In this document: positions 34,674-43,806 of the stretch, one piece after another
How the letters are laid out: each line of letters starts with the position of its first letter
Numbering within the stretch: position 1 is the stretch's first letter
Assembly (NCBI GenBank): GCA_963716395.1
Contig: OY970309.1
Coordinates: forward strand, 2,560,001 to 2,624,000
DNA length: 64,000 bases
Source: an uncultured Fibrobacteria bacterium
GTDB taxonomy: Bacteria; Fibrobacterota; Fibrobacteria; UBA11236
Direction of reading: 5' to 3'
The notes under the pieces: model-generated
Told to the model about the DNA's origin: nothing
Databases searched by the model: none
The model's input: the letters and a program-made list of their open reading frames with translations, nothing else
Made by a program: the position numbers and the translations under genes

Positions 34674-34792
34674 GGATTGAACCAGACTTAATGTCAAACA
34701 GAGCCTGTTTTGGCCGCATATATTAAAATTGTAAATCGAATTGTATCTATGTGAATGTTTTTGTTGGCAATTTGCATTTGATTGTAAGTCGC

Positions 34793-35359
34793 TCACTTAA
34801 AATCCTGGAAAAGTTGGCTGGCACGTGGTTCTTTTTGCAAAGTGTATTTGCCTTTATAAAACGACAGGGTTCCTTCGGGAGTCATGAAATAGACCTGGCC
34901 GATGCGCACGTTCGGGTAAACGCGAATGGGATGCACGACCTCGATTTCCAAAGTCCAGGTCGGATACTGGCATTGCAGTTTGCCTGTAGCATCCGGAAGA
35001 TAGCCCCACCCCACATCTCCGAAGCCGGCGGTGATATGGGTGTTGATGCCGAGACGGCCGATGCTGGATCGCCCCTCGAACATGGGGACGAACCGGCAGC
35101 TCGTCGCCGTTTCATTCGAACATCCGAGGTAGAGGATTCCCGGTTCCAACACCAGGCCGGTTTCCGGGATTTCCAGGGCGTCGACGGGGTTATCCGCCTT
35201 CATGTCCAGCACCGCGCCGCCGGGCAGCCGATACACCAGCAATCGGCTGTTCAAAGTCACGTCATAGGAATTGGGGCCGAGATGTTCCGGGTGAAAAGGG
35301 GAAATATGGATGTTCCCCAATTCCATCTGCCGCAGGATTTCCGGTCCGGTCAATACCAT
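34793..35359 (-). CDS. dcd: dCTP deaminase
   Basis: MVLTG.EI, PNSYDVTL, EGRSSIGRLG, HITAGFGDVG, WTLEI, IGQVYF. Confidence 0.9.
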   Translation of the reverse strand: MVLTGPEILRQMELGNIHISPFHPEHLGPNSYDVTLNSRLLVYRLPGGAVLDMKADNPVDALEIPETGLVLEPGILYLGCSNETATSCRFVPMFEGRSSIGRLGINTHITAGFGDVGWGYLPDATGKLQCQYPTWTLEIEVVHPIRVYPNVRIGQVYFMTPEGTLSFYKGKYTLQKEPRASQLFQDFK

Positions 35360-35431
35360 GGATGCGTTCGGCGGTCGCGCCAGGCGCGGCCGATCATTCC
35401 AACTTAGAAATCGTCTTTGTAAGTTGGACGC

Positions 35432-36664
35432 GTGAATGGCCCGAAAGCCCTGTGGGCGCTGTGGGGGATGCTGTTTTCTTCGGCCTCGGCGCTCGGCACT
35501 TTTGAGTTGCAGGGATTTGTCACCGATGCCGGCGGCGCCAAAACCACGGCCACCTTGGTCTTGACCTATCCCGACTCGTTGGCCGGCAGCGAGGTGCGGG
35601 CTTTGCTGGCCGCCAACCGGCCCGGCACCGAATGGACACTGCTGCCCCGCGGGGAATTGACCGAGACGGAACGTGAATTCCTTGAAGGCCTGCGCGACTT
35701 TGCCGGCGGTGGCCCGGATCAAGCCTCGGACGCGTGGGGCAAATTGCGCGGCCTCCGTTTGCATCCGCTGCTGCAAAGCTGCCTGAATGTCGACGAAGGT
35801 TTGCTGTTGTGTCTGCGGGGTGAAACCGCGGCGGCCGAATCGGTATGGACGCGTGAATGGCGCCGCCGGGCGCCGGCGGCCGAAGGCGCCTGGCGCAATT
35901 TGCTGGGGATTTACACGGCCGAAGGCCGGTACGACGAGGCGAACCGGCTTTTAAACGCGGTGCTGAAGGAACAGCCGCGGAACCACTTGGCCATCCTTTC
36001 CCAGGCCGCGCTGATCAAGCAGACGCAAACGGATTCGGATTGGGAGGATTTTTTGCGCGCGCATACGGCGCCGCGCGATTCCTTGCCCGATTTGCAGTTG
36101 GAATACGGCGAAATGCTGGTGGACCAGAAGCATTGGGCCCAGGCCGTGCCGGTTTTGGATCACGGCCTGTCGGCGCAGCCGCATGCCGGCCAGGCGTGGC
36201 TGGATTTGGCCGACGCCCAATACCATTTGGAGTATTACGTGTTCGCGCTCACCTGTTTGCAAAACGCCTGGCGGGCCGGCTACCAGGAATCGGAGTTTTA
36301 CGAATTGTATGCCCGCGTATTGCGCGCCTGCTGCATGGCCGGCGACGACGCCAACAGCGCCGAGGCGCGGCGCACGGCCGAACATCTGCTCGAAGAGGGG
36401 TTGCCCAAGGATTTGAACCGGCGTTCCATGGCCCAATTGCTCTATCATGTGTATTGCCAGAACGGGAAACCCGAGGCGGCCATGGAATTGCGGAAAAACC
36501 TCTGGTTCCACTTTGAAGGCCCGTCGCAAATCCCACCGCCCATCGGGTATGACGAGTGGCCGCAAGCCGGGCTCGATCATCTCCGCCTGCACATCCAGTT
36601 CGGGCTTTACGCCTTCAATTGGGTTATGGCTTTGCGGCGCACCGATTTTTATCAGGCGTTTTAA
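35432..36664 (+). CDS. Secreted TPR-repeat protein
   Basis: Signal peptide ..SASA, TPR-like helices (AWRNLLGIY..EGRYDEA, AWLDLADAQY). Confidence 0.72.
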   Translation: MNGPKALWALWGMLFSSASALGTFELQGFVTDAGGAKTTATLVLTYPDSLAGSEVRALLAANRPGTEWTLLPRGELTETEREFLEGLRDFAGGGPDQASDAWGKLRGLRLHPLLQSCLNVDEGLLLCLRGETAAAESVWTREWRRRAPAAEGAWRNLLGIYTAEGRYDEANRLLNAVLKEQPRNHLAILSQAALIKQTQTDSDWEDFLRAHTAPRDSLPDLQLEYGEMLVDQKHWAQAVPVLDHGLSAQPHAGQAWLDLADAQYHLEYYVFALTCLQNAWRAGYQESEFYELYARVLRACCMAGDDANSAEARRTAEHLLEEGLPKDLNRRSMAQLLYHVYCQNGKPEAAMELRKNLWFHFEGPSQIPPPIGYDEWPQAGLDHLRLHIQFGLYAFNWVMALRRTDFYQAF

Positions 36665-36704
36665 TAACTTTCCCGGCGTTCTGCGATTTTTTCGGAGGAT
36701 GCGC

Positions 36705-38012
36705 ATGCGGGCTTCGCCCCAAAACCGCAGCGGCGGGTGGCCGGGAAAAAAGGTTATGTCGACCGCGGCCCTGCTGTTGTTGTTGGCCTGCGGTGCGGCC
36801 TCGGCGCGCAAATTGGTGAACACGTGCCCGAGCGTCGACGTCGCCACTTCCCAGAATGATCTCACGGTGGTGGCTCCGATTCTGGAATATACGGTCACCA
36901 CCTTCGACCCCGGTTGGTTCGCCTCCAACCAATCGGCCGGCGCCCCCGTGCTGTTCACCTTGGTCATCGACCCATCGCTCAAGCAATACGCGGGTTCACT
37001 GCGCCTGCGCGTGCAGATCACGGCCGATACCACCTTGGGGCGCAATCCTTCCGCACCCCAGGTCATGGCCTTCGATCGCATCAGCGACACCTTGAGCGCC
37101 GATCAAATCGGGGTGCCCTTGACCTCGGGCCAGGTTTTCGATTTGCGGTATCAAACCGGAGGGCTGGATTTCAACCAGAGCGATCTGTATGGGCTCGTAA
37201 CGCAAAACCACCAGGCCCCGGAAATGAATCTGCATTTCCGCTTTCGCCTCACCTGCGAAGACGCGGGCGATCCCTTGGGCAATTCCGGCGACATCAACAT
37301 CGCCGTGGTCGACCCGGCCAACTGGTCGGCGAATTACGGCAAGCTGCGCTACGTCAACACCGTGCAGGCGCTGTCGCCCGGCACCGACGCTTCGAATCCC
37401 AAACCGGTTTCGATTTACACCTTGAACCCGGTTTTTCAAATCGCCTCCGAGCTGTTCAACAACCAGGAATTCATCTATCCGCCGGGCGAACCGAAAATGC
37501 GGATCTACCTCTACACGGTTCCGGCGGGCACCAATCCCGTCGACGCGTTGCAAGGCATGGAGTTCGCGCAGTTCCCCGTTCCCAACCAATATCCCATCAC
37601 CTATCCCGCGGGTCTGCCGCAACTGACACCGGGTCAGACCTACGTGTGGCGCGCGCGCGCCACCTTGCGCGGCCCCGCGGACGAGTACCTCTATTCCAAC
37701 GCCTTGTACTTCCGGGTGGATCCGCTGCTCGACAACAGCGGGGCGCCGCCTTCGCCCGACGCGCTCTCCGACCTCACCAATTTCGCCCAACAGGTGCAAT
37801 ACGGCGACGATTACGTGAAGCGCGTCATGGCCGCGTTGAAAATCATTCTGGGCGACAACTACGACATCTTCGACGTGTCGCGCGCCAACAAGATTCCGGC
37901 CAAGGGCCAGATTCGCCTCAACGGGCAGCCCTATTCGCTGGAAGAGCTCGAAGCCCTGGCGCGCGAATTCCAGCAGAGTAGCCACAGCGTCACCCGGATT
38001 CGGTTCCAGTGA
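36705..38012 (+). CDS. Hypothetical secreted beta-rich protein with FN3/Ig-like segment
   Basis: Signal peptide ..CGAASA, LTPGQTYVWRARA motif, strong coding bias; start 36705 or 36756. Confidence 0.7.
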   Translation: MRASPQNRSGGWPGKKVMSTAALLLLLACGAASARKLVNTCPSVDVATSQNDLTVVAPILEYTVTTFDPGWFASNQSAGAPVLFTLVIDPSLKQYAGSLRLRVQITADTTLGRNPSAPQVMAFDRISDTLSADQIGVPLTSGQVFDLRYQTGGLDFNQSDLYGLVTQNHQAPEMNLHFRFRLTCEDAGDPLGNSGDINIAVVDPANWSANYGKLRYVNTVQALSPGTDASNPKPVSIYTLNPVFQIASELFNNQEFIYPPGEPKMRIYLYTVPAGTNPVDALQGMEFAQFPVPNQYPITYPAGLPQLTPGQTYVWRARATLRGPADEYLYSNALYFRVDPLLDNSGAPPSPDALSDLTNFAQQVQYGDDYVKRVMAALKIILGDNYDIFDVSRANKIPAKGQIRLNGQPYSLEELEALAREFQQSSHSVTRIRFQ

Positions 38013-38677
38013 AGTTCTGGGTGCTGGGCCTGTGCGTCGCGGCCGTCTGGGCCAAACCGCCGCGTGATCCGTCGCTGGCCCTGGTGCGCCAGGTCACCGG
38101 TAACGCTACCGTGGCCGATCGTGACACCAGTGTTACAACCCAGCTCAAGTTCGGCGATCTGGTGCCGAGCGGACGCACCTTGGCCACCGGAAGCAACGGC
38201 GTGCTCATCCTGCGCTTTCACCCCGACTTCATGCGCATCGAGGCGCGCGCGAACTCGCGCTATGTGCTGGGTTATGCGCGCCTCGACACCACCAAGGCGC
38301 GCCAAATCCGGTTGGATGCGGGCGAACTGGTGCTGGGCGTGCCCAAGCACAGCCCGCCGCTCGACCTCGAAGACGCGCATTCGCGCGTGCATGCCGAAGA
38401 GGCGCGCTTTTCCTTTGCCACCGATGCGCAAAGCGCCTCGACCCTCATCGTGCTCGACGGCAGCATCGAAGTGCACAATCGCGCCAAAGACGTGAGCGGC
38501 ACGGTGCGCCGCGGCCAGAAATGCGTGTCCGACGACGACGGCCTGCATATCACCGACGCCACCGATTCGGAGCTCAGCCAGGTGGGCCTGCGGCAGAACA
38601 CGCTTGAGGTGGATTTCTGGAATCCTCAAACCGGGGAGTTCAGCACGCTCGAGGTGGAGTATGAAAGCAATTTCTAG
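38009..38677 (+). CDS. FecR-domain periplasmic protein
   Basis: Signal peptide, V.G.A.V...L..GD.V..G..L.TG.NG, I.L..GEL, V.DGSIEV FecR-like beta pattern. Confidence 0.7.
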   Translation: MKFWVLGLCVAAVWAKPPRDPSLALVRQVTGNATVADRDTSVTTQLKFGDLVPSGRTLATGSNGVLILRFHPDFMRIEARANSRYVLGYARLDTTKARQIRLDAGELVLGVPKHSPPLDLEDAHSRVHAEEARFSFATDAQSASTLIVLDGSIEVHNRAKDVSGTVRRGQKCVSDDDGLHITDATDSELSQVGLRQNTLEVDFWNPQTGEFSTLEVEYESNF

Positions 38678-41054
38678 CCTCGCGCTGCTGCTGGCTTCGG
38701 GATTCCCGGCCGCGGGTGTTTACGCCCAAAGCACCCCGGCGGCCGGCGGTCATACGCAGCCCGTTGCCGGCTGGAGCGATGACTCCACCCGAGTGGCTGC
38801 GCCGCCGGTGGCCGTTCCCGCTCCACCGCGCGACGCGACCCGGCGGGCCGCGACGCCGGTGGATTCCGGTGCGCCTAAGCACACGGCCGCGGGCTCGACG
38901 GCACCCGACTCGAAGGCCGCCAAAGATACCGCTTCGGCCCGGGCCGCTCCCGCCGCTCCGGATTCGACCGCCTTGGCCGAAAGCGCGGCGCCCGATACCA
39001 CGCCGGGGCTTTCTTTTCTCATTCCCGCCGACGGCGATGTCATCTACGCTGCCGACGTGAAAATCGTGGCCTATGTGCGCGGCCCCACGCCGGCGGGCAT
39101 GCTGGCCGTGCTCGACGGATTTTCGCTGGCCATTCCGCTGCATCTCGAATCCGGCATCCTGACGGTGGACTTGCCCGGCCTGCATTCGGGCGTGCATGAA
39201 GTCAAGGTGGTATTTCTCGACGCCCACCGGCAAATCTCCTTGAGCCGCACGGTGCGCTTCTTCGTGCGTGTACCCGAGCCGCACCGCAAACCGGTGGAAG
39301 GAACCTTTCGCCAATTCGGCCGCGTGGTGGCCCAGGCCGATTGGAAAGGCGCCGACGCCGAAGGGCAAGTGGTGAAGCAATCGCAACTGAACCGGGTCAG
39401 CGACAGCACCTACCGCCTCTCGCACGGCGAGACGCCCCTATCGCAAAACGTCGACGGCGCCGCCGAAGTCTCGTATTCGATCAAAGATGAACATTGGGAA
39501 GGTTATCTCAAGGGGCTGATCTCCACCGACGAAGATCAATACCGCCAGCCCGACGATCGTTTGTCGGGCCGCATCACCTACGGCCCCTGGGCCACGGTGC
39601 GCGGCGGCGATTTGTATCCGGTGTACAACGATTTGATCCTCAACGGCACCCGCGTGCGCGGCGGCGAAGTGGATTTGGCGGCGGTGACCGACGACGGCAC
39701 CAAGCATTGGGTTTACGCCAAAATGGTGACCGGGGAGACCAAACGCGCGGTACCGGCCTTTGTGGCCGAATACGATACGGGCAACGGCAACACCGTGCAA
39801 GACACCATTCCCGCCACGGCCGAACAGCGGCTGACCGCCATACGCGTCGGCGCGGGCGGGGGTCAGACGTTCGACGTGGGCCTCACGGTCATGAAAGCTT
39901 CGGATCGCGACGGCGACAGCGCCTCGCAATTGCTCAACAACCAGCTCAACGGCGTGCAACCTGTCGACAACCTGGTTTCCGGACTCGACATGCGCGTGGG
40001 GATCTGGCAGGGGCGCATCCAGATTTACGGCGGCCTGGCCACCAGTTTGTACACCTTGGATCGCGCCATCGGACCCGATTCCAACCTGTCGAGGCTGCAG
40101 AGCCTTGTCGTGGCCAACGGCACCACACGCGGCTGGGAATACGTCTTCAACGACACGGCGCGCGACGTCATGGGGTTTTTGAAAGTCAATACCACCTATG
40201 ACGCCGGCGTGACGGCCTCGATTCCCTTCGACGGCTTCGTGTCCGAGACCCAATTGCGCTATTCGTATCTCGGGCTCGATTACCACAGCGAGGGTAACCC
40301 CTTTCTCGCCGCCAATCCGGGCGGCGGCTGGGATTTGCTGCAGCATCTGGTGGTGCTGCAGAACCGGCTTTTCTTCGGCGTCGAAGTGCAGGATTACGTG
40401 GAAAACCTCGGGCTGTACGATCAGGATGAGCGCGCCTTCAAAGGCGAAATCCGCTTTCTGCCCGGCGCCTATCAGCCCGCACTGTGGGTGAACGGCGGCC
40501 TCACCGTGCGCGCTCCGGAGGGCGATTATCCCTACCAGTTCAACCAGCAATTCTCCCAGTTCAACGTGGGCGGTTTCCACCAGCTCGCGCTGGGCCCCGG
40601 TACCTTGCACGGTACCGTGTTGTACGGCTACACCCGCAGCGTGTTGCGCATGAGTTCGAATCTGCCCGATACCGCCGCGGTGGACAGCTTGTTGTCTTTT
40701 CCCGTGTCGCAAACCAACATCGTAAACGGCGCCTTTCAATACAAGTTCCGCGGATCGGATTTCACGCCCAAATGCTCGTACACTTTCGCCGACAACGGCG
40801 CGCAGCCGGCCACCAACAATTCCGCGGTCGGGGTCGAAGACGCCTTTCTGCGCGAACGCCTGCGCGCCGATGTGGAAATGCTGGTGGGGCAATATCCCAA
40901 CCTCGAAAACCAGAATGATTTAAGCCTGGGTGAAAGCGTCGACGCCACGGTGCGCTTCACCCAGAACCAGACCTTGCGCCTGAACCAGAAATGGATTCAA
41001 TACGGCGATCGCAATTTGCTCACGGCCGGTGCCTATTACGAAATGTTTTTCTGA
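38661..41054 (+). CDS. Outer-membrane beta-barrel protein with Pro/Ala linker and Ig-like domain
   Basis: Signal peptide, low-complexity linker, alternating beta strands, GDLYP.Y.DLILNGTRVRG motif, terminal aromatic YEMFF. Confidence 0.7.
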   Translation: MKAISSLALLLASGFPAAGVYAQSTPAAGGHTQPVAGWSDDSTRVAAPPVAVPAPPRDATRRAATPVDSGAPKHTAAGSTAPDSKAAKDTASARAAPAAPDSTALAESAAPDTTPGLSFLIPADGDVIYAADVKIVAYVRGPTPAGMLAVLDGFSLAIPLHLESGILTVDLPGLHSGVHEVKVVFLDAHRQISLSRTVRFFVRVPEPHRKPVEGTFRQFGRVVAQADWKGADAEGQVVKQSQLNRVSDSTYRLSHGETPLSQNVDGAAEVSYSIKDEHWEGYLKGLISTDEDQYRQPDDRLSGRITYGPWATVRGGDLYPVYNDLILNGTRVRGGEVDLAAVTDDGTKHWVYAKMVTGETKRAVPAFVAEYDTGNGNTVQDTIPATAEQRLTAIRVGAGGGQTFDVGLTVMKASDRDGDSASQLLNNQLNGVQPVDNLVSGLDMRVGIWQGRIQIYGGLATSLYTLDRAIGPDSNLSRLQSLVVANGTTRGWEYVFNDTARDVMGFLKVNTTYDAGVTASIPFDGFVSETQLRYSYLGLDYHSEGNPFLAANPGGGWDLLQHLVVLQNRLFFGVEVQDYVENLGLYDQDERAFKGEIRFLPGAYQPALWVNGGLTVRAPEGDYPYQFNQQFSQFNVGGFHQLALGPGTLHGTVLYGYTRSVLRMSSNLPDTAAVDSLLSFPVSQTNIVNGAFQYKFRGSDFTPKCSYTFADNGAQPATNNSAVGVEDAFLRERLRADVEMLVGQYPNLENQNDLSLGESVDATVRFTQNQTLRLNQKWIQYGDRNLLTAGAYYEMFF

Positions 41055-41209
41055 TTTTTCCCGGTCCGATGTTCGCCGCGTTGGGCGCGAAAAAATTTTC
41101 TTTCCTGCGCTTGAGCGTTAAAAATTAGCGCTCCGGAAGACCTTTCAATGCGCGCGTTCCGTGAACATTTTCCCGGATACCCTACTGCTTGTCGCCGGGG
41201 GCGTGCTTT

Positions 41210-42370
41210 CTACCCGATCGGCTGCAAGCCGCCGCGCCGCAGCGGATCAAAAGGCTGCAAATCCGCCGGCGGCTTTTCCTCGCGCAAGAGCGCGACCATG
41301 CAGCGTGCCGCCAAGGGCGCCGTGCTGATGCCGCTCTTATAATGGCCTGTGCACAGCGCCACGGTGCGCGCGGCATCCACCCATCCCATCAAGGGCAGAC
41401 GGTCGCGCGTGCGCGGGCGCAGCCCGCTCCAGGTTTCGACCCAGGTCGGCTCCACCCGCGGGAAATAGCGTTGTAATTGCGCGCGCAAATACGCGTCGCC
41501 GGCGGCGTCGAAACCTTCGTGGTCGACGCCGGCTTCGGTGGTGGCGCCCGCGATGAGATGTCCGTCGCGCGGCACCAGGTACAGGCTTTCCAGGCAATGC
41601 ACCATGCCGTCATGGCCGTGGAAGTTCGGCAGCAGGGCCAATTGTCCTTTGACCGGAACCAAGGGCGCGCTCCAACCCAAGGGGCGCAGCGCTTCGTTGC
41701 TCCATACCCCGGCCGCCACGAGCAGGCGCCGGGCCCGCAATTCCCAGTCAGGGCCGCGCACGACGGCCAGCCGCCCGGCGGAAAGCGACTTCGGACGCAG
41801 GGTGAAGATTTCGGCGTTCCGGCGGCCCAAGGCGGCGGCCAAGGCGGCGAGCAACACCCGGTTCTGCACCCAGGCCTCGTCGGGAAAATGGAACACCCGC
41901 GCCGCCGTCACGGCCGCATGGCCTTGCAGGAAGGCAGGTAACTCGTCGGATACGGTGAAGGCCGCGGCCTTTTCGCGTTGCAATTGCCGTTCGCGCGCCT
42001 CCCGCAAACGCCGGGCTTCAACAGCATTCACGGGGAAGATTTGATGATCGCCGCCGCGGCGAAAGGGCACCGGCATTCCCGACTCGGCTTCGACCCGCGC
42101 CAGCCAAGGCGGATAGGCGGCCAGCGCGCGCAGATAGAATTCGCGGAAGGGCGAGCCGCCCACGACTCCGGCGCGTGCCGCGAGAATGCCGGCCGCGGCC
42201 CACGACGCCTTGCGGCCCACGGGATTGGGATCGAGTACGGCCACGCGTTCGCCCCGCACGGCGGCTTCGAAGGCGCAGGACAATCCCATCACGCCTCCGC
42301 CCAGCACCGCGAGGTCGTAGGTTTGCTCCGGGGTCGGTAGCGCGGACCGGGGCGGAGGGGCGGGTTCCAC
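41210..42370 (-). CDS. thiO: Glycine oxidase ThiO / D-amino-acid oxidase family
   Basis: GGGVMGLS, ASWAAAGIL, PVKGQ, YLVPR.DG, WSGLRP, GHYKSGI; GTG start inferred. Confidence 0.82.
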   Translation of the reverse strand: MEPAPPPRSALPTPEQTYDLAVLGGGVMGLSCAFEAAVRGERVAVLDPNPVGRKASWAAAGILAARAGVVGGSPFREFYLRALAAYPPWLARVEAESGMPVPFRRGGDHQIFPVNAVEARRLREARERQLQREKAAAFTVSDELPAFLQGHAAVTAARVFHFPDEAWVQNRVLLAALAAALGRRNAEIFTLRPKSLSAGRLAVVRGPDWELRARRLLVAAGVWSNEALRPLGWSAPLVPVKGQLALLPNFHGHDGMVHCLESLYLVPRDGHLIAGATTEAGVDHEGFDAAGDAYLRAQLQRYFPRVEPTWVETWSGLRPRTRDRLPLMGWVDAARTVALCTGHYKSGISTAPLAARCMVALLREEKPPADLQPFDPLRRGGLQPIG

Positions 42371-42372
42371 GG

Positions 42373-43806
42373 TCAGGCTCGCGCGCCCGCCTTTCCGGGA
42401 AAATTCATCGCGGCCAGGTCGGCGAAGAAATGGATTTGCGCGCGCACGGCTTTGTCGAAGTCGCCCAGGTGCAGCGATTCGTTCTCGGAATGGGCGTTGG
42501 TGTACGGGTCTTCGATGCCCACCAGCAGGGCGGGGATGTCGCCGAGTACGCGGGTGAAGTGATCGACGAAGGGAATGGTGCCGCCGCAGCCGATCGTGAC
42601 GGCGTCGCGACCGTAGCCGTGGGCCAGGCTGCGCCGGGCCACCGCGAACACCGGGTGATCGGGGCGGGTTTTCCATGGCTTGGCGCCGGGGTCGGAATGG
42701 ATATCGACGCGCAGGCCCCAGGGGCACACGCGGCGGATGTGTTCGGCGAGGAGGCGCGCGCACCGCTCCGGATCCATGTCGGGCACTAGGCGCAGCCCGA
42801 GGCGCGCCCAGGCCGAATCCATCAGCACGTTGCCGGCCGCGCCGCGCAGGCCGGCCTGAAAAGCGTTGACCACCAGCGACGGTTCGCGCCACAGCCGCAC
42901 CAGCAATTGCTCGTCATGCGCGAACATCTCCACGCCTTCCTGCAGGCCGGTCTGCTCGCGGAAAATGGCGTCGGTCATGCCCAGCGCGCGAAAGTCGGCG
43001 AGCTCTTCGGCGGTGGGCGGAACCACGCCATCGCCTACGCCGGGCACGGCCACCCGGCCCTCGGTGTCGGTGAGCGTGGCCAGGATGCGGCACAGGCCGG
43101 CGACGGGATCGGGAAGGGGGCCGCCCCACATGCCCGAGTGCAGCGGCGACCGCAGCGCCGACACCGTCACTTCGAGGGTGACTAGGCCGCGCAGGCTGGT
43201 GGTGAGGCTGGGCCGGCCGGTTTCGTAATTGGAGCAGTCGGTGAGTACCAGCACGTCGGAATGCAGCCGCCCCTGGTAACGTTCGAGATACTGGGCCAGA
43301 TGCGGGCTGCCGATCTCTTCTTCGCCCTCGATCAGCACCTTAACGTTGACCGGCAATTTTCCCGCCCCTTGCAGCCAGGCATCGATGGAGGCCGCATGCA
43401 CGGCGATGCCGGCCTTGTCGTCGGCGATGCCGCGCGCATAGAGGCGGCCGTCGCGCTTATGGGGTTCGAAGGGCGGCGACTGCCATAGCTCGGTGCGCAG
43501 CGGAGGTTGCACGTCGTGGTGCGCGTACAGCAGCACCGTGGGCGCGTCGCCGGCCTCAATCCATTCGCCGTACACGCAGGGGTAGGCGTCGGGAAGCTCC
43601 AAAATTTCCACGCGGCGCATTCCCACCGCGCGCAGCCACAGCGCCGTGGCCTCGGCCGAGCGCCGCACCTCGGCGGCGGGATAGCCGGGAAAGCTCACGC
43701 TGGGAATCGTCGCCAACTCCGCCAAGGTCAACAGGTGGGCGGCGTGGTGGGCTTCGTAGTGTTCCAGGGCGCGGCCGCGGGCATCCATCACAGCGCACTC
43801 CGCCAT
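42373..43806 (-). CDS. M20 family metallopeptidase (CNDP-like dipeptidase)
   Basis: YAHHDVQP, RGIADDKAG, EGEEEIGS, LHSG.WGG, GGTIPF, AHSENE. Confidence 0.92.
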   Translation of the reverse strand: MAECAVMDARGRALEHYEAHHAAHLLTLAELATIPSVSFPGYPAAEVRRSAEATALWLRAVGMRRVEILELPDAYPCVYGEWIEAGDAPTVLLYAHHDVQPPLRTELWQSPPFEPHKRDGRLYARGIADDKAGIAVHAASIDAWLQGAGKLPVNVKVLIEGEEEIGSPHLAQYLERYQGRLHSDVLVLTDCSNYETGRPSLTTSLRGLVTLEVTVSALRSPLHSGMWGGPLPDPVAGLCRILATLTDTEGRVAVPGVGDGVVPPTAEELADFRALGMTDAIFREQTGLQEGVEMFAHDEQLLVRLWREPSLVVNAFQAGLRGAAGNVLMDSAWARLGLRLVPDMDPERCARLLAEHIRRVCPWGLRVDIHSDPGAKPWKTRPDHPVFAVARRSLAHGYGRDAVTIGCGGTIPFVDHFTRVLGDIPALLVGIEDPYTNAHSENESLHLGDFDKAVRAQIHFFADLAAMNFPGKAGARA

